Part shown: positions 25,760 through 40,400 of the stretch, piece by piece
Layout of the letters: each line of letters opens with the position of its first letter
Numbering within the stretch: the first letter of the stretch is position 1
DNA from: the human T2T-CHM13v2.0 reference genome, Homo sapiens
DNA: 64,000 nt
Direction: 5' to 3' (one strand)
Assembly: GCF_009914755.1 (NCBI RefSeq)
Contig: NC_060934.1
The notes under the pieces: model-generated
The model's input: only the letters and a program-made list of their open reading frames with translations
Databases searched by the model: none
Told to the model about the DNA's origin: nothing
Position numbers and translations under genes: made by a program

Positions 25760-26425
25760 GTAAATGAACTATTTTTTAATTAAGAAATCCTCATGAGTAT
25801 CAGTATGGGGCAGAAAATTACAGGATCTTTTGAGGAAAAGTGAATTAATAGTTCAGCTGGGCGGGATTATATGGTAGATAAAGGAGAAGAGTATGAAAAA
25901 TTGTTGGAAATAGGCAGGGGTAGATGGCAGAAGGTCTAGAAGAGCAACCTATTAAATTTGGACTCCATCCGTAGATGTTAAAAAGTTTTGAACAGAGGAA
26001 TGCCTTGAAGTCTGAAAGTATGAAGAAAGAATAAATCTGACAGCACAGTGGAAAACTGATAGGAGAGATGATAGGCTAGAAGCAGAGACAGCAGTTGGGA
26101 GCTATTTCAATATTGCAGAAGAGAGATAATAAGGGCTTCGACTAGGGTGATGACAGTGGGAACAGAGAAGACAGCAGGGAAGCGGGAAAAGCAGAGATAG
26201 ACTCCGCAGGGCTTGAAAACTGATTGGATTGGGAAGAGACAAAAAATGAGGAGGGATTCAGAGATGATTCCAAATTCTCATGCCTTAGTGGCTCAGAGGA
26301 GTATAGCGTCATCAGCTGAAACATGAAATGGAGAAGAAAAGAATGGGAAGAAAATAAGTCAAGTTTTAGTCATACCAAGATACATGAAAATGATATAAAG
26401 AAATTAGCATTTTTAGCCTGGAACT
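25760..26425 (-). mobile_element. L2 fragment
   Basis: gttttgaacagagga...gactagggtgatgacagtggg...gatgattccaaattctc. Confidence 0.6.
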
Positions 26426-26624
26426 AAAAAAATAAAAGCAAGTCATGTTAGCCAGATTTTACTATTTAAAGGACTGTCACTTTTAGAGAGAAAAAAGTTT
26501 TAATTTACCATACACAGCATTGGATTATTCACAATTCTTGGTTCATGACATACTGTAATTATTGTTTGGTTAACTAATTAACACTTATGAACTTAAAACT
26601 CGACAGAAGAACTATAATAGGTAC

Positions 26625-26902
26625 AGCTGGGTTTGGTGGCTCACATGGGAGGCCAAGGGGGGCGAATCACTTGAAGCCAGGAGTTGGAGACTGGCCTGGC
26701 CAACATGGAGAAACCCCATCTCTACTAAAAATACAAATATTAGCTAAGCCTGGTAGTGCAGGCCTGTAATCATGGCTACTTGGGAGGCTGAGGCATGAGA
26801 ATCGCTTGAACCCTGGAGGCGGAGGTTACAGTGAACCGAGATCACACCACTGCATCCAGCCTGGGCGGCAGAGCAAGAGACGCTGTCTCAACAACAAAAA
26901 CA
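26625..26902 (+). mobile_element. AluS with internal deletion in the left arm
   Basis: ggctcaca|tgggaggcc; TSD aactataata. Confidence 0.9.
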
Positions 26903-27366
26903 ACTATAATACTTACAATAGCACACATTTACCTATATGGTTCTTCCACATTCCTTCACTCCACCTCTCTGATAGTTGTTATTCAGAGGCCACTATTATC
27001 CCAGTCCTTTAGGATTCCTTTGGTGTTTTTAAAAAATACAGTTTGATCATACCTATGTTCCTAAAATAAACATTTTTAAGCTTTATTTGTATTTAGCTTT
27101 ATTAAAAAAAGGTATCTTGACTTTTTAACCCTCACACTGTAAGTAATCTTCCGGAACTTAACTTTTTCACTCAATAGTATTGCTAAAATTCATCCTTACT
27201 TCTATGTAGCTATAATGCATCTTTGGAATCCTATTAGTCTTGCCCCCAGAAATGTGGTTGTGAGTGAAAAGGGGCAGCAATCACTTCATCTGAGTATATT
27301 CTCCGTGAAGATGCCTTTTCAATAATTTTACTGTATATGCTAACATGAGAGTTGTTAAGGATGTAA

Positions 27367-27734
<368 letters not shown>

Positions 27735-28164
27735 CAGACACTCAATAAATTTATTGAGTAAATACAGTACATTCTATAAGTTTGGACAATTGTATAATGA
27801 CATGCATCCACTATTGTAATTTCTTGAGTATCTGTTATGAGCCAGATAAGGAGATACAGCAGTATATGTTGAAGTATATGTAGAACATCAGTGGTCTAAA
27901 GACAGAGTAGGTCTTCAGAAGATACTATCTTTTTATATGTGTGCTTTACCTAGTAGTGACAACATAATGCAGGCTCCAAGCTTGTCATGGCTACATGGTC
28001 TCTGCCACAAGTTACTATTACAAGGGGGCAGCATCCAGTTGGTTGAACTGGTTTTGGTAGAGTTTGCCAATCTGTCATGTCAATGATGTAAAGTTGAATT
28101 CATTGAGCTTTAATATCACTTCTTTTGATTTTTTTTTTTACTAGTTCTTCTTTTTTGTTTTTAA

Positions 28165-28668
28165 GTGTCTTTAAAAAAAAAAAAAAAGCAGTTTTGGACC
28201 CACAGCAAAATAGAGAGCAAGTTCCACAGATTTCCTATATATGCCCTGTCCCTGCACATGCATAGTCTCCTCTGTTACCAGCATCTCCCACCAGAGTGGT
28301 ACATTTCTTCTGATGAACCTACATTGATTATCATTGTCACCCAAAGTCCATGGTTTACCTTAGGGTTCACTCTTCGTGTAGTACATTCTGTAAGTTTGGA
28401 AAACTGTATAATGACATGCATCTACTATTATAATCTAATATAGAATATTTCCTCTTCCCTAAAAGTCCTCTGTTCACCACCCACTTGTCACTCCCTCCCA
28501 CCCTAACCCTTGGCAACCACTGTCTTTTTACTGTCTCCATACTTTTGCCTTTTCCAGAATGCCATAAATCATATGGTATGCAGTCTTTTCACACAGGCTT
28601 CTTTCACTCAGTAGTATACATTTATGTTTCCTCCATTCTTTTCGTGGCTTGATAGCTCACTTCTTATT
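28165..28668 (-). mobile_element. L1MC1/2-like 3' end
   Basis: ccaccagagtggtacattt...cacccaaagtccat...gccttttccagaatg. Confidence 0.85.
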
Positions 28669-28965
28669 TTTTTAATTTAACTTCTAAGTTCAGGGGTACA
28701 TATTCACGTTTGTTATACAGGTAAACTGTGTCATGGGGGTTTGTGATACAGATTATTTCATCACCCGGGTATTAAGCCTACTACCCATTAGTTATTTTTC
28801 CTGATACTCTTCCTCCTCCTCCTCCCACCCTCCACCCTCCGATAGGCCCCAGTGTCTGTTGTTTCCCTCTATGTGTCCATGCGTTCTCATCATTTAGCTC
28901 CCACTTATAAGTGAAAACATGCAGTATTTGGTTCTCTGTTCCTATGTTAGTTTCCTAAGGTTAAT
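28669..28965 (-). mobile_element. L1PA13-15-like 3' end
   Basis: ggtaaactgtgtcatgggggtttg...catttagctcccacttataagtga. Confidence 0.85.
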
Positions 28966-29704
28966 AGTTTAAATAAGTTAAAGTCTCAAACTTAAAATTC
29001 TAGATTGGGGTATACAGGAAATGGTTGGTATTAGGATAATCCAATATAGAACACAATATATTATTGCAAAATTGGAGGGAAACAATGATATACTTAATTC
29101 AAAAGACATTTGTATTTGGCTTTAGAATTTGGGCACTTATGTTTGAAAACAGAGATGTTTGGAAACTATATAAAATTTCAATAATTAAGCTACAACATAA
29201 AGACTATGGAAAAATAAATGAAAAGTTCTTCAAATTCCCTAACCTACTTCCTGCTAAAATCTATTCCCACTCCTACACTCACTGTTGAAAGTAGACATAA
29301 CATCACCTCTCATGAAAAAACCAGCATTTTACAACAAATCTACAAACAATAAATCTTCCTTTCTCTCTAAATGGCTCTATTTGTGCACTGCTCCTTCCCC
29401 AGGTTGGGGAAAGGTTATTGAAATATTTTGGTTCCAAAGCTTCCAAATGATGGGCTTACTGCCTGGTGAACAAAAGCAATAAAATTCTGACTCTTCTGAC
29501 TTAATTTTAGATACATATATATCTTCCATTTAAAAAAACTTTTAAGAAACTGTTGATATATTGCTTCAATTCTAATTCTGATTAAAGACTGATTCTCTTT
29601 CATTCCTAGGATGGTAGTTTCATTGTAAAACAGGAATTCCCTGATGCTTCTGGAGAGTTACCCAGTGGCAGGGGGCTTATTTATATGAAGCAATATTGAA
29701 CGTG

Positions 29705-29825
29705 ATTCTACTTCTAAGCTATGTGGCCTTGGGCAAGTCACTTACCCTCTCTGGGCCTAAGTTTCCTCACCAGCAAACTGAGGAAGTGGAGTACATGATC
29801 TCTGAGGTCTCTTCCAGCTTTGGTA
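29705..29825 (-). mobile_element. MIR fragment
   Basis: gtggccttgggcaagtcacttaccctctctgggcct. Confidence 0.7.
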
Positions 29826-32372
29826 TTTTCTGAATTGATTAGTATAAAATATGGGAAGAGGAGCTTCCTCAGAAGGGATGTGCTTTGTCGGAAGGCATCC
29901 GTAAGATTAAAGCTTCCAGAAAGAACAACTGGCTATGCGAGGAGTGGTCAGTCTTTAGACTCCAAGAATCTTCATTTAGAGGTTCTTACATTTTGGGGTG
30001 TTAGGTCATGCTTAAGTTTATATTATTCATATTCTTATGTGATTTTGATAATTATTTAAATGATACTAGTATGTCCAACCATAATTTCTTGGAACTAGAC
30101 AGTACATTGAAGAATTTGGACCTTTGTCAATATTTGATCTGTGCACAGGAAAGTTTCAGAGACAAAGATAGAGAAATATTATTGAAATTAAAAGTTAGTG
30201 CCATGGATTAGTAGTAATCATAAATTTGACATACTTGAACCCATGTCCACACCAGGTTATCAATCAGCCATATGGCCTTAGGAAAGTCGCTTAGCCTCTC
30301 TGAACTTCAGCATGTAATTTTAATGATAGCTCTCACATATTAAATATAAACTATGTTCTAGGCATTATGTTGGTTTATATTACATACACGTTTCTAATAT
30401 TTAAACTTTATAACACATCCTGAGAAACAGGTAGCAGTATTCCCATTTTACAGATAAGAAATCTGAAGCTCAAAGTAGTGACATTCATTGAGAACACCAA
30501 AATTCTAACCTTGGTATTCTGATTGAAAATCCCAACCTCCTTCAAGTGCGCTCTTCCATTAGCAAATTATATCAAATCAAGAATATTTATTTCTATTATG
30601 TGCAGAGTAAGGCAGCTGTTAAATGCCATTAAGATGTTAATTTCCTGGCTGAAGACATTGCCAAATGTGACACAAATAAAATGAAGGCAACTCCTAAAGT
30701 TGTAACTTGGAGGAGAAAGGAAGTTAAGCATTGGCTAGGAACAAGAAAGGGAAGATAATTCTAGGCAAATTGCCTCTGCCTGGGAGCTAGACAGGAATGA
30801 GAGAGTTGGTGAAAGAAATAAAAGCTATTTGTGAAACTAAGTTAGGAACATGGGGTAAGAGCAGGAAAGCCTATTCCTTGACTCCTCTCACCCCACTCAA
30901 ATCAAGGCTGTAGTGCTGGAGGATAGGTGAGCAGCCAAAAAGATGTCTTCCAATATTAGTTTCTCAACTAGTTTATACTGTTTGTTACAGGTGGTTGGTA
31001 GCAGTGATGACATCCTTGATGGTGTCTGTCTCTCCTATATAGACCTTTCTTTTGAGCATTGGATCTATATAGCAAATCACAAAGTTTTTGGTTAAAAGAC
31101 CAACATGTGAGTATAAAGTAATGGGCAAATTTTCATGAGAGAATCATAACCTCTACAGGCCATTTGAAGGAGCCATTCTAAAAATGTTATGAGCAATGGC
31201 AGCATTTTATATTTTCCATGGTGACCACTTTGTGGAACAATCCTCAATTGGATGCATAAATCCTGTTCTTAGTTCACTTGTCTTGTTTTGTTTGTAAGTG
31301 AGCCTTATTACTTTCCAGTCACACCTGGTGTGTGTCTCTGATGTGGCTGGGAGCAGGCTGGACAGGGGACTTCCCGTCTACTCTCCAGTGTGTCCTGACC
31401 AGTGCACAGGTGTGTCATGGACTAAAATAAGGTTGGGAACTGGGTAATTTGCAGGCTGAAGGCAGCTGGAGTCTTTAGAGCACAAGCTCCTACTGACTGT
31501 CTTGGGACTGCTCAGTAAAGGAATGAGAGCTTTTAATTACCAGTAGTGGTGTCTCCCAACCAATAGGAATTCTTTTCCATTCCAAGTATTTTCCCCTTGA
31601 ACAGATGCAGAATAAGGGGCCTTGGGCCTGGCATGTGGTGTGGGATTTCTGTTTCCTATCAAGCAAGATAACTTTACAGATTCTCTTTACAGCTAGAGTT
31701 TATTCACCATCAGATGAGTTTTTGTCATGACTGATTCTTCAGGGGAATATGATATTATTATAAACTTACTGATTTTGTCTTTATACAACTTAACAAGAAA
31801 ATAAGCTGGATCAAAAGCCTATACCAGCTTTTGAGAGTTTTTTTAAAAGATAGAAGTCAAAATTGAAATTTTTGATAACTATGTCATGCCCTGCCTGCCT
31901 ACTTCCTGAGATTATTATTCAGATCTATTTATATGAAAGTGCTTTGAAAAGCAAAATACTCTATTTGGATCCAACATACAATTACTTGACTGTGAAGAAA
32001 ATTAAACCTGGGTTTTGAAGTTTGTGATCAGATGAAAAAGAACTTAAAAAATACAGCACAAGGCTGTAGTGAGTATGCTGAGCATGGAAACATGCTTTGC
32101 TACATATCTCCTCTGCACCCATTTTTCTCCTTGTTGTTGAGGCAACCCAGGAGTACGGTAGCATCTGCTGGAGCTCTCTCTGGAATAAATGATGCACAGT
32201 TCAAACAACTTCATCATTAATGAAAAAGCTTTCAATAAAACCTAAAAATTCAAAAAGTTACTGAGACTCAAGCCAACAAACAAAGAAGCATATTTAAACA
32301 AACAAATAAACAAATGCTTCTTTTAAATGAGCTTTACTAAGACAGCTGCCAAAATGCTATGACACATTGTTT

Positions 32373-32503
32373 TCTCTTCTTTTTTAGATACAGGGTCTTA
32401 ATATGTTGCCCAAGTTAGTTTCAAACTCCTGGGCTCAAGGAATATTCTTGCCTCAGCCTTCCAAGTAGCTGGGACTACAGGTACACATCACTGTGCCCGG
32501 CTC
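32373..32503 (-). mobile_element. FLAM monomer
   Basis: Single left-arm monomer; TSD tgacacattgttt. Confidence 0.9.
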
Positions 32504-32904
32504 TGACACATTGTTTCCAATGACAGAGTTCACACTTAAAGTCCAGGAGACAAATTCCACAAAATTATTCTGTGCAAATCAGAGGGTGTGTATATGCAGA
32601 GGTAAAATGACGTCATGATCTCAGAGAAGTTTCAAGCAAACATCAACTACAGAGGAAGAGTACTGATGGGTGAAGTTAACCCAAGCTATCCTGGCATTGT
32701 CTGGCACAGTCATCTCTTCAGTTCACCATTTACCTTCAGATTCAATAACAACATTTGACAGAAGATACAAACTCAGAATTAGTAAGAGGTTTGCCAGAGC
32801 TATATGAATGCTGCATAAAGAGTAGAGTCTATGTCCCCTTGCCTTTCCATCAGAGATGGCTCATACTGCCTCTCAAAAATATATCTGGTAACTCATTTAA
32901 TTCT

Positions 32905-33135
32905 AATCGTAATAGTAGCTACCATTTATTGAACACCTGTTATGCATCAGGAATTTGCCGAGTGCTTCATATGGTCGCATTTAATGTCTGTAACAACCCT
33001 AAAAGTATTATTATCCTCATTTGATAGAGAAGGGAATTAACGCTAGAGAGGTTACACAGGTAATAAGTGGTTGAGCTGGAATTGAACTCAAATTTGCCTA
33101 ACACTGAAGCCTATGGTTTTGACCACTACCCCAGG
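32905..33135 (+). mobile_element. MIR
   Basis: agctaccatttattgaacacct...ttatcctcatttgataga. Confidence 0.7.
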
Positions 33136-33766
33136 CATGGCTATTGTATTTTACTTTATGTGCCAATTTGCGTGGATTAGAAATACATTTCTCTATTCTT
33201 AGGCAAAGTGTAAATTCAGTGGGAAAAAGAATCATGATAGCTTATTGATGTCTGCTATGGCAAGGGATGGAAAAATGGTAGTGGTGATACATGCAGCAGT
33301 TATTTGCCACCTCTGCCTTAGGTAATGCTTGCTTGCTCTATGTATGATATGTGATCTACTCTGCAGACCAGTTTATGACATGTCTGTGTGACCATATTTT
33401 ATCAGACTAGTATCAGAACAAATGGTCTGTCAATGAAATTTCCCTAAATGGTACTTTATTAGAATACCCAGACTGTGTGGTCCCTTTACTATTTGTGGAA
33501 AACAGGGACCAGACTTAAGTTTCCCACAAGAAATGTGTGGCTCAACTGGGATGGGAGAATGAGAAGAACCAGCATATCAATTAAAAAGTGTTAACGAAAC
33601 TTTATGCACTAGCTAGATGTTCTCTGTGCATATAATTCATAAAATAATTCAGGTGAAAAATAGTCGTTAAAAGATTAAAACTCAGAGTAAACAGACTTAT
33701 TCACAGCCAAGGGAGTTAATTCAGGGTATGAGAGTAGCTGAACACAAGGATTCAAAATTAAGGAAG

Positions 33767-34069
33767 AGCCAGGTGTGGTGGCTCACGCCTGTAATCCCAG
33801 TACTTTGGGAGACCAAGGCAGGTGGATCACCTGAGGTCAGGAGTTCCAGACCAGCCTGGCTAACATGGCGAAAGCCCGTCTCTACTAAAAATACCAAAAT
33901 TATCCAGGCATGGTGGTATGAGCATGTAATCCCAGCTACTCAGGAAGCTGAGGCAGGAGAATCGCTTGAACCTGGGAGGCAGAGGTTACAGTGAGCCTAG
34001 ATCGCACCACTGCATTCCAGCCTGGGTGACAGATTGAGACTCTGTCTAAAAAAAAAAAAATTAAAAAAA
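33767..34069 (+). mobile_element. AluSx
   Basis: gatcacctgaggtcaggagtt; full dimer. Confidence 0.95.
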
Positions 34070-35349
34070 TAAGGTCAAAGAGCAGCAAGGTTAGAGAAAA
34101 AGAGGAAATCAGATCAAAGGAAACTCATAAACACCATCTCTTACTCTTAAGAAACAATTGTTTGCTTACTGTTTATATTCTGGTAATTTTTATTGCTACA
34201 CCAAAACAGATGAGTCAGAGTTAGTCTTGTGGCCACAAGAAACATGTACTATTCCTTACTGCTCTATTCCTTATTTCTGAGGCCATGGAAATGAGTGAAA
34301 TGAGTGAGAGCGCCCAGGACCTGAGACAATGGCAGGAAAGTAAGGCTAACTTTCATTTAGCTGCAATGCATTCCTTTAGCTTCAACAGTCTCACCTGCTA
34401 AACTCAACCACGATGAAAAAGTACCACATGCAGGGAAGAATTTTCCTACACCTTCTCTTTTTCCTTTAACTTCTGTGCTCCCTTCTGTCCTTACCCTTGC
34501 TGCTTTCCCCTCTTTCTTTACTCTTCCCACTTTTTCATCTCATAAGACATTGTTGAGGGCCAGCTATATTGAAAGTACTTTAGGTTTACACAAGTGAATT
34601 AGATTTTCACTTTGCAATTCCAACGCCCACAGTCGAGTGGGAAAGACAAAAAAAAAAAAATTATAATTTCATAGCACTTTACAAAGCAATTGTTCACATA
34701 GGGCAGTGAGTTACTATGTCCTTTTTTAAAATGAAGAAACTGAAGTCCAAAGAGGTTAAGCAATTGTCCAAAATCAACCATCTAATGTAGAATATGGGTA
34801 ATAAAGAGGAGATGAAAAAGAATTAGTAACATGAAAGTTAATGATACCTTCCTTCCCTCCCAGTTAAATAACTTTCACCATAGTCTGTGTAATTGACAGA
34901 GAGGTACTTCATCATGTGTATGCACACATCCATATACACACATATATAAGCACATGTGTGAAGGATAACACTAGGTATATATGAAAGTACTCTGCACCTT
35001 GCAAAAGGTTAAGCAAATATAATTTAACACCATCATTAAACAGAATCAGAGTAAATAAGCCAAAGAGTAAGCTAAGATTGGAAATATCTGACAACCATCC
35101 TTCTGCTTACAAAAGACAATACATTTCAGGGTTCAGGATAAATTATGCAAGAAATCTATCTGAATTCATCACCAAGAAATTAAGAAATGGCTTCACCAAA
35201 GGCTTTGGAAGTAAAAGTCAAGGATTTACTACGGCCATAACCTCTCCTAAAGGGAAAGGAAAGATGAGAACTGGAGAATTAGGAAGACCCCATTCTTATT
35301 TCTTAATAAATGAATAAATAGAAATAATTTGTAATTGGCTATAAAATAA

Positions 35350-35674
<325 letters not shown>

Positions 35675-36085
35675 AATCTTATTTTTTAAAGTAAAAATAA
35701 GAAAATCAAATTCAAAAATATTTATTCTTACTTGGCTTATGAAAAAGGTAAATTCAATACAGCAATGGCATCACTTTGCTAAAAAGCGCTAGTCTTATAC
35801 ATGCTAATGGTAGAGAAGTTTTCTGATTAAAAAAAGGCCTCTCTGTAGCACACAAATCATCCCATATAGAGTGAGCTATACATTCCATATTTCTATCTGA
35901 CATTGTTCAACAGATATTCAAAGTTCTTACATAATTGAGAAGTATAGCCTAGAAGTGATAAAGAAAGAATTAATAGGAACAGTTCTAGTAACTTTAGAAA
36001 AAAATAGCTTTTCTGGTGCCAACTGGTAAACTCCAGTGCTCAAACTGAGATCCAGGTATTATAGTGAGTTAAAAATATTATTTTG

Positions 36086-36436
<351 letters not shown>

Positions 36437-36530
36437 CTACAGTTTGATGCAATAGCTGCAAACTGCAATTTTATAAATGAGAAATATCAGAGACATTGAA
36501 TAACTTGCCTAGGCAACATCAAGTAGACAC

Positions 36531-36655
36531 TGTTTCTCCCTTACTTTGTCTTCTAAGATAATTGGAAGAAATAGATGTGTAATTAGCAGATGAACAAGAA
36601 CAGGGGATTAAAAATGACTCTAAAACTTAGGATTTACTGTGAATTAATGTCAAAC
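36531..36655 (+). repeat. Local duplication pair 2, copy A, inserted in a MIR
   Basis: Aligns with 37510-37635. Confidence 0.85.
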
Positions 36656-37509
36656 CGAGTTGGCAATGCGAGTGAAACTAAACATCTGAAAACTAACAGT
36701 TTGTATTTTTGAGATTATTCCACATAGTGATAGCATGGCTTAAACTGCTAACCATACATGTTGGGAAGAGATAAATTTAAAAGGAAAAAGTACCTCAGGA
36801 GAGATAGCCATGTGTTCTGGACCTTATAGAATATTTGAAGTGAATCTCCAAAAGGTCTTGAAGACATAGGCAGGAAGTTACCTAAGACACAAGGAGGCTA
36901 GCTGAGCAGAGAGGGGGCCTCTGAATTTTAGTGATGCTGTGGATGCTGCTATTTCTCTCTGGAATACCTCAACAGTCTCCCTTCTCACTTATCCTTAACC
37001 TCTTGCTTCACAGGTTTTCATGAAGTGAAAAGATTTCACATTTTTGTTCAGCACAAACCAGAAAGGCATTCCTCAAGAAAATATGTTCCATAACCAACAC
37101 CTGCTTCTCCTGTAGCCACTTCCTGGATTCTTCTGCTTTTCTTCTTTCTACAAAGAGCAAATGTCTGTCACATAGAACAATCCCTTCTCTATAGTCCCTC
37201 CCTGGCTTTTCACCACTGTGTCTTCTTTCTTTCCCAGATTCCTCTGCATTTTGAGGGAATCTTCCTTAAAAAATTCCCTAATCCAACACATATTTCTCTT
37301 AAAATCTAGCTAGAATGTTGACTTCTTGAGTCATTAAGACAAACAGTAAACCAGTATTTTCTTTAACTGTGATACAAATAAGCTCACTTCCACCTCCAAG
37401 AAAGTTTCAATATGGGATCATACCAATTATATCTGGAATTCTTTACACTACAACTAAGTATCCTAAGTAATAAAAATCACTTATTACCTAGACAAAACCA
37501 GGTTGGTAA

Positions 37510-37635
37510 TGCTTCTTCCTTACTTTGTCTTCTAAGAGAGCTGGGAGAAACAGATACTGTAATTAGGAGGAAAACCAGGAAGGGAAATTAAAAATGACTT
37601 TCAAATTTAAGATTTATCATGAATTCATGTCAGAC
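37510..37635 (+). repeat. Local duplication pair 2, copy B
   Basis: ccttactttgtcttctaaga...attaaaaatgact...gaatt.atgtca shared with copy A. Confidence 0.85.
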
Positions 37636-37733
37636 TGTTTGCAGACAGCACTACCGGTGTCCAGCTACAGCAGTTCGCACATTCATTTACTTTAAAAAAC
37701 TAATCCTCTTTACAGGAAGGTTTTGCAAACCTT

Positions 37734-37743
37734 GTATATTATG

Positions 37744-37803
<60 letters not shown>

Positions 37804-38335
37804 TTGGTTTTCATCCATCCTTCCCAGCTGATAACTCCCATAGCCCTTATTACAATGTTGGGGCACTTTAGGTCTCAGAAAACAGAATCTCTCTCACTCT
37901 GACCTTATCCAGTCCTCCTTTCACCTGCTACCTTTTCTGCCCAAGGCAGAAATCTTCCCCAAGCTTTTTGTGTTGGAGCTGGCCATAAAGAATTCTCTGA
38001 CCTACCTTGTCTGATTATAGGTCATAAGACAGGATCTCACTATGTTGCCTATGCTTCTCTTTAACTCCTGGGCTCAAGTGGTCCTCTGGCCTCAGCCTCC
38101 CAGGTAGCCAGGGGTGCATCACTGTACCTGGCTTAAGACTCCCAATTCAAAATGAACCCTGCCCCATACTCAAGAGAAAAGAATGCTATACAGAGGCCAA
38201 GAAGAATTTGAACAGACAGGCCTTGCTGGGTTTCCCCACTCAGTCTATTAGTATTAGATCATACTCTTTTTGTCCAATTACATTTCTACATGGCTGTCCC
38301 TGCTTCAATCACGCCTATTCAATGAAGTCTCCCAT
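37734..38335 (+). mobile_element. MER21-like LTR with (TG)n and FLAM insertion
   Basis: ataactcccatagccctt...gaggccaagaagaatttgaacagacaggccttgctgggtttcccc. Confidence 0.8.
37745..37794 (+). repeat. Perfect (TG)25 microsatellite
   Basis: Read directly from the sequence. Confidence 0.98.
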
Positions 38336-39334
38336 ATGTAACAGAAGTCTTCTTGTATTGACTGTTGTGGTGTGAGAATAGAAGGAAACTAGTTTGTTTT
38401 TTTCTACACACCTTGTAGCCCTATATTTTTTCTAAAAACAACGTATAAACTAAAGGAAGAAACTGAAAAAATAAATTGGGAAAAGTAAGATGAGCTCTTA
38501 TATACACCTGCCACTAGGGGCTTGCTGACCTTCTTGAACAAGAGCTAAGAAGTCACCTATATGCATATAACCTACACTGGATCATTTATTTATTTGTTTA
38601 CACAGCTTTAAGGCCCTCTTTGGGGCCTTATGTTGTCTGACTGAGCTACAAAACAAAAGTTTTAAAATGTAAATTAAACACAAATGGCAAAAGCCACATA
38701 TCTGAATAGTTGCAAATGTCACAGAGACATTTTCATAAATATCTTTGTCATTAATCTTCTTTGAAAACTTCTTATGCAATAGGCAATTTATGGAAGGCTG
38801 AGCCATTCTATTTTCACAGCTAAATGAGGAGGAATAGTACAACTTCCACTAAAAATTTCCAGCATTTGTGAGGGGCTTTAAAAGAAAACACAAAGAGGAG
38901 ATGTTTTCCCTCTTTTTTGCCATAAAGTCAAAGAAGGCATTGAGATAATTTGTTTCATTCCTTTCCAGAGAAGGAAAGTGCTTCAGCAAACAAAACTCCC
39001 TGAGATTTCAGTTATAATCCCAGTTCTCCCAGTCAACATTATTGCCTTTGATATTGACAGTGGACAGCAAGAAAAAGAGTTCCCTATCTTTATTTTTTTC
39101 TCATTTTCTTTTTTCTCTCCTTTTTTATCTTGTCTCCTTATCACCTCCCCTTTCTTTTCATCTCGTCCCTTTTCCGCACATATCATTAGGAAAAATGTTT
39201 TGCCATAGTGAGGTGGCATGATTTAGAATAAAATGGCCAAGAAAATGTAAAAGTTGTATCACTCCCATGAATCCCAACTGCCCACTGTACTATTGCATAT
39301 ATTTGAAACATACATATATGAATCCTAACTATAA

Positions 39335-39560
39335 AAAGGCAGTTATAAAGAGGAAATGTATGATGCTAAGCCACAAGCGATAACCCAAACCCTACTTCTT
39401 ACTAACTGTGTGGCCTTTTGAGCCAGTCATGACTTTGCTCTGAGCTTCAGTTACTTATCTGTTAAATGGAACTAAGGGTCCCAACTATCTCACATATGAG
39501 ATACGTGAAATTGTTTTGTAAACTGTAAAGTGTAAGACAAGTGAAAGGGAACATTATTAT
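39335..39560 (-). mobile_element. MIR
   Basis: actaactgtgtggcct...ctctgagcttcagt. Confidence 0.6.
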
Positions 39561-40169
39561 CTTCTTCATCGTCCTTCTGGTCTTTTTCTAAGTAGGCTGA
39601 TCAGAAGTACCAAGAAAATAAGTAATACTTGTATGTCTCAATAATTTTAAAAATATTAAGAAAAGTGATCTAGAATAATACAACAAAAAAGTTGCCTCTT
39701 TTCCATTACTCTGGGAAAAGAAGATCTACAGTTAAGAATGAGAGTTTAACAGTGAAGATTTCTTAAATGGCCTCTGCTCTTTTTCTTAATTTCCTCTAGG
39801 CTACTTTACTTATATTGCATGTTTCACACGCACTTTGCATCGTAATGACTATTTTATGAGTTGATGATTCTTTTATGAGAAATGGTTTACTGTGTAATCA
39901 AGCAGAGAGAATTATCTCAAGGGTCAAGAGATTCAATTATGAATTGCTAAAAGTGCTGGTCACACAGAGAAGACTGAAATCTGTTTTGTTTTTGTTTTGT
40001 TTTTCTTTTTAATGTATCATTAGCTGTAACGTCATTAGCTGTAACAGGTCAGCATTTCTTTGCTTGTCAAGGCCAACTCATAACTTTTCAACTTCTCATT
40101 TAGGAAATCAAATGACACACTAAAGACCTAGTAGTGCAGTGATTTATAATTGAGGATAAATTTCTTTAA

Positions 40170-40400
40170 TTGGCATTCACCAAACATGGATGTACCTACT
40201 GCTACACATAAACAGCTAGGGGGACACGGGGAAGGACAAATATGAATAATAGATAAAACTGCTGCCCTCAAGGAGTTGAAATTCTGGTAGAGAGAAAAGA
40301 AAAGGACATATAACATGTAAGTAACATATTGAGAAACATGAAAATCAGGATCCATGGGCACTAAGAGAGAGGGCACTCACTACTAGCTGATGGGCAAGAA
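40170..40400 (-). mobile_element. L2 fragment
   Basis: cattcaccaaacat...ctgccctcaaggagtt. Confidence 0.6.

Noticed and set aside
29820-30059. ORF with several CpGs as a coding exon
   Set aside because: It has no convincing splice-site pair or recognisable protein motif.
37644-37662. REST-like cagcac...tgtcc
   Set aside because: Half-site orientation and spacing do not fit the RE1 motif.
38508-38525. CTCF-like ccactaggggc
   Set aside because: It is one G short of the core CCACTAGGGGGC, so the terminal GC is out of register.
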